The notes under the pieces were generated by a model. The model worked only from the letters and a program-made list of their open reading frames with translations, had not been told where the DNA came from and did not search any database. A DNA stretch of 64,000 bases, taken from a virus. The stretch spans positions 13,098 to 77,097 of IMG/VR virus record IMGVR_UViG_3300028558_000024. One strand, 5' to 3'. The stretch's first letter is position 1, and each line of letters begins with the position of its first letter. This document shows, in pieces, positions 51,760-58,314 of the stretch. The translations under genes and the position numbers were made by a program.

Positions 51760-52187
51760 ACGGAAACGAAGTTCAAACTTAAATTCAAGATGAAAGCGAA
51801 GTCGGTTTGATGCAGGTGCGAATCCTGCTCGGGGCTCCAATATGCCCCGGTAGCCCAACAGTCGAGGCGACCGACGAGCAAAAAGAAAATCAACTTATTT
51901 CCTAAGTTGATTGCTGAAAGCAAGGTGTCTCAAGCACCACTGCAAATCACTGGAAGATTTCGGTTCAAATCCGAACTCGGGCGCCATGCCTGGGTAGCTT
52001 AATGGCAGAGCATCCTTTCTTAGACCTAAAGCAGTGGTTTAAACGTCGTCACCACGCGAAGAAAACAGCATAAAAGCATATAGCTCAATAGTAGAGCGAT
52101 TGACTTGTAATCAATTTGTTCTGGGTGCGATTCCCAGTATGCAAAATAAATACCGGGGGCGTCTCAGGCTACGAGGCGCCTCCACCA
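51760..52187 (+). ncRNA. large structured RNA built from tRNA-like modules (boundaries approximate)
   Basis: permuted T-acceptor-D modules at 51801-51875 and 51952-52015; cloverleaf 52076-52142; minihelix-ACCA 52155-52187; enclosing helix 51936-43/52031-38. Confidence 0.75.
52076..52142 (+). tRNA. tRNA-Thr(TGT)-like cloverleaf with 5-bp acceptor stem and no CCA
   Basis: GCATA-TA-GCTC/GAGC D arm, ATTGA-CTTGTAA-TCAAT, CTGGG-TGCGATT-CCCAG, TATGC. Confidence 0.65.
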
Positions 52188-52201
52188 TTTAGTAATTACT
52201 T

Positions 52202-52230
52202 TTGCCATAAACGACTTCACGCGGTAACTT
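52202..52230 (+). promoter_or_regulatory. sigma70-like promoter for downstream tRNA-Met mimic
   Basis: TTGCCA-17 nt-TAACTT, 5 nt before element start. Confidence 0.5.
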
Positions 52231-52235
52231 CTAGT

Positions 52236-52299
52236 CAGCCAAGCGTGGAGGGGCTCAGCCTCATAACCTGAGCCCGAGCGTTCGAATCGTCCTTGGTTG
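52236..52299 (+). ncRNA. D-armless tRNA-Met(CAT)-like RNA
   Basis: CAGCCAAG/CTTGGTTG closing stem; GGGCTCAG/CTGAGCCC stem with CTCATAA loop; TTCGAAT T loop. Confidence 0.55.
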
Positions 52300-52349
52300 T
52301 CGAGAAATCGGGTAGCGGTCCCAGCCGAGCCTGCACCGACTTAGTCAAT

Positions 52350-52390
52350 AAAACACTTCATCGCCTGCACGGGATGAGGTGTTTTTGTTT
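52350..52390 (+). terminator. intrinsic, possibly bidirectional terminator
   Basis: AAAACACTTCATC...GATGAGGTGTTTTTGTTT. Confidence 0.65.
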
Positions 52391-52646
52391 TGCGGCGAAA
52401 AACTTACTTTTGCAATCCTCCTGGGCCCAAAACAAAATCAAATTACCCCCCAAACCGAAAGACGTTATTGCAGGTAAGAGATTTTGAAAACTGAAGTATC
52501 AGGAAAAGTTGTCGAGCATGAATTGACTGCAAAGGTCATCAGAGCAGACGGAACGATTGAGAAGGAAATTCTCGTCGGGTACTTCGGACCACATTTGAGA
52601 AAACACCTTATCTGCATTTGGAATAACCTCTTGAGGGCTATTAAGA

Positions 52647-53072
52647 ATGGCAGACGTACTAACTAACGCCGGACTGGCGATTGTAACCAACCGCATAATC
52701 GGCTCCGGCACGGAACCGAAATATGCCTCATGGGGCACGGCGGCCGGTACTGCTGCTGTCGGCAACACGACTCTCTTTACCGAGGCCATGTCGACTCAAA
52801 ACGACGGCTCCTCGCACAACAACCGAGTATCTGGCACCTCTTCAAGAGTTACAGGATCACAGACAAACGACACCTATCAAGTAGTGGCTACCTTGACTGC
52901 TGATGCTGGCAAAACAATCACAAACGCTGGTTTGTTTGACTCTGACGGATTGGCCGCTGACCTCGTGACTGCTCCGGCAGGCGGCAATTTGTTCGTCAAA
53001 TCCGACTTCACCGGCATTGCCTTAAATACCGGCGATGCAATTCAGTTCACCTTCAAGACCCGCTTCAGTTAA
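52647..53072 (+). CDS. tail-fibre/collar-like structural protein
   Basis: LTNAG...GT......T.L..E...I.NAGLFD pattern of fibre N-terminal domains. Confidence 0.6.
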   Translation: MADVLTNAGLAIVTNRIIGSGTEPKYASWGTAAGTAAVGNTTLFTEAMSTQNDGSSHNNRVSGTSSRVTGSQTNDTYQVVATLTADAGKTITNAGLFDSDGLAADLVTAPAGGNLFVKSDFTGIALNTGDAIQFTFKTRFS

Positions 53073-53087
53073 GGATTATTCGCTCAA

Positions 53088-53501
53088 ATGACATTAGGCG
53101 ACACAACCGAAAACGACATCGTTAAGTACATATTCAATTCCGTTTCGATGCCCAACTATGGCTCGGGCGATTTGTATGTGAGTTTGCATACGGCCGATCC
53201 TGGTGAAGCCGGAAACCAGCAAACAAGCGAGGCGACATATACAAGTTATGCCCGAGTTTTGGTGACTCGCACTGGGACCGGTTCTTGGACTGTATCGGCA
53301 AACCAGGCGTCGAATACTGCGGCGGTAACTTTCCCGACAGCGACAGGCGGATCAAACGTCATAACGCACGTCGCAATCGGAACAGTGATCAGCGCGACTG
53401 GACAGATTATTGGCTCGGCTGCATTGCAAGCGCCGATAACGGTCGTCAACGGAATCGCGCCGAAATTCGCTATTGGCCAATTGATCTTCAATCTGGACTA
53501 A
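53088..53501 (+). CDS. phage fibre-associated structural protein
   Basis: LYVSLHTADPGEAG...E..Y..YARV...N...V.FP.ATG. Confidence 0.65.
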   Translation: MTLGDTTENDIVKYIFNSVSMPNYGSGDLYVSLHTADPGEAGNQQTSEATYTSYARVLVTRTGTGSWTVSANQASNTAAVTFPTATGGSNVITHVAIGTVISATGQIIGSAALQAPITVVNGIAPKFAIGQLIFNLD

Positions 53502-53510
53502 AGGAGTCTC

Positions 53511-54365
53511 ATGGGTTTCAGTAGTTTGGATGACATGATCAGCGAGATCTCATCCGGAAAGTATCAGCACACAAGATTCCAGAAAGTCTCATCAAACGGA
53601 GCCACTTCGGCCGCCGGCAGATGGCATGAATGGTTCACGGCAACTGGTATTCCTGCGGCTGGCTCTTTCACTGGAACAGCTGGGGTGGCGACTCAGATGA
53701 CTCGCACCACGACAGGTGCAATGGATGTTAACGCTGATGTCTCGACTGATACGCGGCATTTGCTTTCGGGTTCGATGTGGACGGCCTCTTCGGTAATCAC
53801 TCCGGCGACGGCAATCCTGGTCGATATGCTTTTGTATTACCCTGCCTGTGTTGTCACCGGCACTCCGACCACATTAGATAACACTGCTACTCTTCCTAGA
53901 TATACAAACGGGAAAGGCGTCATGTGCATCATTGCTGTGCAAACGGCTCTCGGTGCGGCTTCACCTGCTTTGACGTTGACCTACACCGATGACTCGTCAA
54001 ACACTGGTAACGCCTCGAGCGCAATGACATCTCCGGCTAACTCGGCTCCAATTTCGACAATGTTTGCCGCTGGAACCGGCGCTCCATTTTTGCCTCTGCT
54101 TGCTGGCGATGTCGGCATCAAAAAGATCGAATCTTATACTTTGGCATCCGGCACAACCGGCACCGCAGCTTTTATTCTCGTTAAGCCTCTAGCCGAATTT
54201 CCTATCGTCGCACAATACGTGCCAGGCGAAAGAGAATTTGTGACGCAGTTGCCGGCATTGCCTCAGATTGTCGACGGAGCTTGCCTTGGCTGGTTGACCT
54301 TACTCGGCGGCGCGATGACAACTTCGCAAGCAATTAGCGGACACATTAACTTCGCATGGGGTTAA
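53511..54365 (+). CDS. structural protein, paralog 1 of 5
   Basis: MGF..LDD; LVD.LLYYP; LPRYT.G.GV; KPL; P.I.DGACL; ends WG. Confidence 0.7.
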   Translation: MGFSSLDDMISEISSGKYQHTRFQKVSSNGATSAAGRWHEWFTATGIPAAGSFTGTAGVATQMTRTTTGAMDVNADVSTDTRHLLSGSMWTASSVITPATAILVDMLLYYPACVVTGTPTTLDNTATLPRYTNGKGVMCIIAVQTALGAASPALTLTYTDDSSNTGNASSAMTSPANSAPISTMFAAGTGAPFLPLLAGDVGIKKIESYTLASGTTGTAAFILVKPLAEFPIVAQYVPGEREFVTQLPALPQIVDGACLGWLTLLGGAMTTSQAISGHINFAWG

Positions 54366-54368
54366 ACT

Positions 54369-55256
54369 ATGTCGCTGGTTGGATTCAACGACTTAATCAC
54401 CTCTTTGACGGGTGGCAAAAGCTACTCTTCTTTCTATCAGAAGACTATCTTTAATCCGGCTTCTTCCGCTGCTGGACGTTGGCATGAAACTGCGTCAGCT
54501 TATGGCATTCCCGGTACTGGTGGCGGCGTTGGAGTTTGGTCCGGAACTGCCGGCGTTGCAACTTCCTGCATAAATGCCCGCAATGGTACGCAGCCTTGGC
54601 TTGATGCTGGTCCGGCTGTAACGACTGATACTAAAATTCTGACCTCGGCTTCGATGATTACGAACGTCTCGACGCTGCCTCCTGCTTCGGCGATCCTTGT
54701 CGATGTCCTGCTCTATTATCCAAACCTCGTTTTAACAACGACACCGACAACCCTGAATAATTCGACGACCTTGCCTCGCAATACCGGTGGTACTGGGGTG
54801 ATGGCTTTTGCCGCGATTCAGACCGTTGGGACTGCTGGCGCGGCCGCGATTAAATTGACCTATACCGATGACAGTTCGAATACGGGAAATGTCTGCGCTC
54901 AGTCGTTAATTCTTCCGGCTGCAACTGCTCCTGTTTCGAGTTGCTTCCACTGGCAAGCGGCCGGACTGGGAGTCTTTACCGATCTTCTGACGACCGATAA
55001 AGGCATCAAGAAAATCGACTCTTATTCGATCTCTGTTAATGGCGACGGTAAGGGCGTTATCGTCCTTTGTAAGCCATTGTTGCATATACCTTTGGCTGCG
55101 CAGTATGTTCTTTCGGAGCGCGATTATGTTATGCAAATGCCTCCCGGTCCAATCATTCATGATGATGCATGTTTGATGTGGCTTATCTCGATGGGCGGCA
55201 CGGTCACAGCGGCTTCCGCCGATATATTCGGCGAACTGAATTTTGCTTGGAGTTAA
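54369..55256 (+). CDS. structural protein, paralog 2 of 5
   Basis: same motifs; ends FAWS. Confidence 0.7.
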   Translation: MSLVGFNDLITSLTGGKSYSSFYQKTIFNPASSAAGRWHETASAYGIPGTGGGVGVWSGTAGVATSCINARNGTQPWLDAGPAVTTDTKILTSASMITNVSTLPPASAILVDVLLYYPNLVLTTTPTTLNNSTTLPRNTGGTGVMAFAAIQTVGTAGAAAIKLTYTDDSSNTGNVCAQSLILPAATAPVSSCFHWQAAGLGVFTDLLTTDKGIKKIDSYSISVNGDGKGVIVLCKPLLHIPLAAQYVLSERDYVMQMPPGPIIHDDACLMWLISMGGTVTAASADIFGELNFAWS

Positions 55257-55259
55257 CTA

Positions 55260-56120
55260 ATGGGTTTCACTGATGCAGCCGATCTGAAGACTGAGATTTA
55301 TACAAATGGAAAATTGTATACCGCTCGTTATAAGAAAACATGGCCCAATGGTGCCGGTACGGCGGGCAGGTTCTATGAGCTTTTCACATCAACTGGTATG
55401 CCCGGCACGGGAACCTTTGCCGGATCGGCCGGTATTGGAACTGTCCCGACAAGCGCGACGACCGGCGCTCTTGATATTGGTCCGAACGTCTCAACGGATA
55501 CAAAGCACATTCTTTCAGCAAACATGAGAGTCCCGGCGGCCACAATGGTTCCGGGATGCATGATTTTGGTCGACATCGTCATTTATTATCCGGCCTGCAC
55601 TATCAATGGATCGCCTGCAACTCCAACGACATTGGATAATACAGCGACAATCTCGCGCTATACAGATGGGCTCGATCTGAAATGCTTTGTCGCAATTCAG
55701 GCAACCGCAACCGGCACGGCCTCGATTGTCTTGACTGGTAAAGATGCAGCAAATAACACGATCACGCACACAACTGCCGTCACAAATGCCGCGACGGGCG
55801 TTTCTCTTTTGTGCTCTGACGTTGGCTCCGGAAGCCTACCATTTGTAGCATTCACGTCAGGCACGTCAGGTCCGGTCAAGATCACCAGCTATACCTCAAC
55901 CGGCGCGACCGGTGGAACTGTTGCGATCGTGATTTGCAAACCGATCCTGGTTTTGCCTGTGCCTGACTCAACTTTCTGGGTTGAACGTGATTACCTCACA
56001 ATGTACTCGAAATTGCCACAAATAAAAGACAATGCCTGTCTTGCATGGCTGGCTTTTCCAGGTGGCGCATTGGCGAATAACACCATATTTAGTGGCGAGA
56101 TTCAAATGGGTTGGGGTTAA
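55260..56120 (+). CDS. structural protein, paralog 3 of 5
   Basis: same motifs; ends GWG. Confidence 0.7.
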   Translation: MGFTDAADLKTEIYTNGKLYTARYKKTWPNGAGTAGRFYELFTSTGMPGTGTFAGSAGIGTVPTSATTGALDIGPNVSTDTKHILSANMRVPAATMVPGCMILVDIVIYYPACTINGSPATPTTLDNTATISRYTDGLDLKCFVAIQATATGTASIVLTGKDAANNTITHTTAVTNAATGVSLLCSDVGSGSLPFVAFTSGTSGPVKITSYTSTGATGGTVAIVICKPILVLPVPDSTFWVERDYLTMYSKLPQIKDNACLAWLAFPGGALANNTIFSGEIQMGWG

Positions 56121-57005
56121 ATGTCAATCGCAAGTTTGAACGATATCAATTCCGCTATTGCCGCAGGAAGGCTCGCCTCTAGCTATTTCACGCTTACTGT
56201 CGGAAGTGGAAGCAATGGCAGCATACTGGATACCTTCATCCGATCAAGCGGTAGTATTCCGGCTGGGCCAGTTTCAGGCACCCTTCCTGGCACCGCGAAA
56301 GTTGCGGTAGCAATGGATCGCACTACGCCTGGAGCATTAGACCTAAATGCAAATGTGTCGTCATCTGTTAGACAGGTTCTTTCTGTAGATATCAACGCAG
56401 TTAACAGCAATATCGGAACGACAGCCATTCTCGTTGATATGCTTCTATATTACCCTTCCTGCCCTTCAAGCAATGGCTCGATGACGAACACCGCAACTTT
56501 GCCGAGATATACGGACGGGAAAGGGGTAATGGGCTATGTCGCATATAACACGGCCGGGGCAACACCTGGGGCCAGCGCATGGGTTCGTTTAGACAAAACG
56601 AATGACTTAAACAACACGGGCGGATTTGATGCGAGTGGCGAGCATGGAATCATCTCTGATGGATTGGGTAGCGTTCACCCCTTTCAGACTGGCGGTGTTT
56701 CCGGCGGAAACACAAACGGATGCTGGTTCGCTTCTGTAGGTGCGGGCGCAACCGGAATCAAGCAGGTAAATTCCTATACCGTGGGAAGCAATTTTGGTGG
56801 CACTTTCAATGTGATTTTGTGTAAGCCTCTACTGCATGTAAATATTGGACAAGAGGGTTGCGCTATTAAAAAATTTGGAATAGGTGAAGCTCCCATAATT
56901 CAGGATGGCGCCTGTCTTAATTGGCTCTTTTATTCGCCACAAACCTCTGGCACATGGCCTTTCACTTTTCGCGCTACAGGGAGCATTAGATATATATGGG
57001 GTTAA
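56121..57005 (+). CDS. structural protein, paralog 4 of 5
   Basis: same motifs; ends IWG. Confidence 0.7.
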   Translation: MSIASLNDINSAIAAGRLASSYFTLTVGSGSNGSILDTFIRSSGSIPAGPVSGTLPGTAKVAVAMDRTTPGALDLNANVSSSVRQVLSVDINAVNSNIGTTAILVDMLLYYPSCPSSNGSMTNTATLPRYTDGKGVMGYVAYNTAGATPGASAWVRLDKTNDLNNTGGFDASGEHGIISDGLGSVHPFQTGGVSGGNTNGCWFASVGAGATGIKQVNSYTVGSNFGGTFNVILCKPLLHVNIGQEGCAIKKFGIGEAPIIQDGACLNWLFYSPQTSGTWPFTFRATGSIRYIWG

Positions 57006-57451
57006 TAGTAAACGGCACAGAATATTCTCAGTTTAGAGAGCAATTCCAGGGTGGAAACTGGAATTTCGGTAATAATGTCGGTCCCATAAAAACCAGCACG
57101 GCGGCTAATTGTAGCGGTTTAAGCAAATCCTTTTATCCCCGCGCCGGCTTTATCCAAGAGATTCCGATTCCTTCGGGTGACTATACCCAAAATCAATGCG
57201 TCTCCTTGCCGGTTAAGAACTTCTCAGGGCTCTATGCTTTAGGACAGGCTGCAGCAGGCACCATTTCTGGTGCTGGAACGATCACTGCAATTCTGACTAG
57301 AATCTTCACCGGCGTCATCTCGTTCATGTATGCAGTAGTAAGCGGGAAAGCCGGCGGCACTTCGACCGCTATCGCTTCAATGACGGTGAATATGAATGCA
57401 GTTGTCTCAAGCACGGCAACAATCACAGCAACGGCAACGGCGGATCAGTAA
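56996..57451 (+). CDS. short partner protein (MGLIVNG), resembling the N-terminus of 58305-60770
   Basis: start codon embedded in the WG-stop codons of paralog 4. Confidence 0.6.
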   Translation: MGLIVNGTEYSQFREQFQGGNWNFGNNVGPIKTSTAANCSGLSKSFYPRAGFIQEIPIPSGDYTQNQCVSLPVKNFSGLYALGQAAAGTISGAGTITAILTRIFTGVISFMYAVVSGKAGGTSTAIASMTVNMNAVVSSTATITATATADQ

Positions 57452-58314
57452 TGGGATTCAGCGGAGTCGATGATCTGAAAAGCGAGATTGCTGCAGGTAA
57501 ATCGTCTTGCAGTTATTTCCTTCATGCGTCGGCCCAAGTTGGCACCTTTCCCGCCTTCTACAATACTTTCATTCGCACATCTGGAGTCCCGGCGCCAAAT
57601 ACTTTGACCGGGACCGCCGGAGTCGCCACATCTTTAGACCGCACGTCAACCGGAGCGATCGCTTTGAATGCGAATGTCTCAACCGACACAAGGCATGTGA
57701 TCTCCGTTTCTATCGCGCCATTTTTAACGGCGGGAAACCCTTATCAAGCCATTCTTGTCGATATGTTGCTTTATTATCCGAGCGTTGTGCTGACTGGAAC
57801 ACCAACGACATTAGATAATACCGTGACACTTCCTCGCTATACGAATGGCAAAGGAGTGATGGGCTTCTTTTGCGGACAAGTCGCTGGCGCTGGCGCCGTC
57901 CAAATCACCCCGACCTATACCGATGACGGCGGAAACGCTGGCAATGCCGGCGGAGCCTTGGCGACTTCGGACTGCTCTGTTATTACCGAGGTCTATCATG
58001 CCGAGAATGACACTTCTGCTTTTCGCGCCAGTCCATTCATTCCGCTCGCAGCCGGCGACATAGGTATTAAGAAGATCGAGTCATACACAATTGGCACCGG
58101 GCAGGCGACAGCAACAGGCGCATTTTTTCTTTGCAAGCCGATCCTCGAGTTGCACTTCCAGAGCCATCTCGGAATTGAAAAGAATTTCGTCACCGACACT
58201 CTGACGCTCCCACAAATTCAAGATGGTGCTTGTTTGACATGGCTGATTGGGGGAGGATCAGCTACAGTAGCCAGCTTCAAATTCAGCGGGAGCATTAAGT
58301 ACGCATGGGGCTAG
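57451..58314 (+). CDS. structural protein, paralog 5 of 5
   Basis: same motifs; ends AWG. Confidence 0.7.
   Translation: MGFSGVDDLKSEIAAGKSSCSYFLHASAQVGTFPAFYNTFIRTSGVPAPNTLTGTAGVATSLDRTSTGAIALNANVSTDTRHVISVSIAPFLTAGNPYQAILVDMLLYYPSVVLTGTPTTLDNTVTLPRYTNGKGVMGFFCGQVAGAGAVQITPTYTDDGGNAGNAGGALATSDCSVITEVYHAENDTSAFRASPFIPLAAGDIGIKKIESYTIGTGQATATGAFFLCKPILELHFQSHLGIEKNFVTDTLTLPQIQDGACLTWLIGGGSATVASFKFSGSIKYAWG

Noticed and set aside
51801-52015. Ordinary tRNA array read as a 3' half followed by the next tRNA's 5' half
   Set aside because: Each 3' strand pairs with the downstream 5' strand, and the halves do not continue into anticodon arms, so these are permuted modules and not tandem intact tRNAs.
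51760-52187. Canonical tmRNA or Ro60-associated Y RNA
   Set aside because: The Ala-type stem is a local hairpin without a tmRNA T arm, there is no ANDxxxAA-like tag, and no SmpB or Ro60 gene is visible. The resemblance is partial only.
53511-58314. Diversity-generating retroelement or shufflon behind the paralog array
   Set aside because: No reverse transcriptase, no near-identical TR/VR pair and no inverted cassettes seen; paralogs diverge along their whole length.
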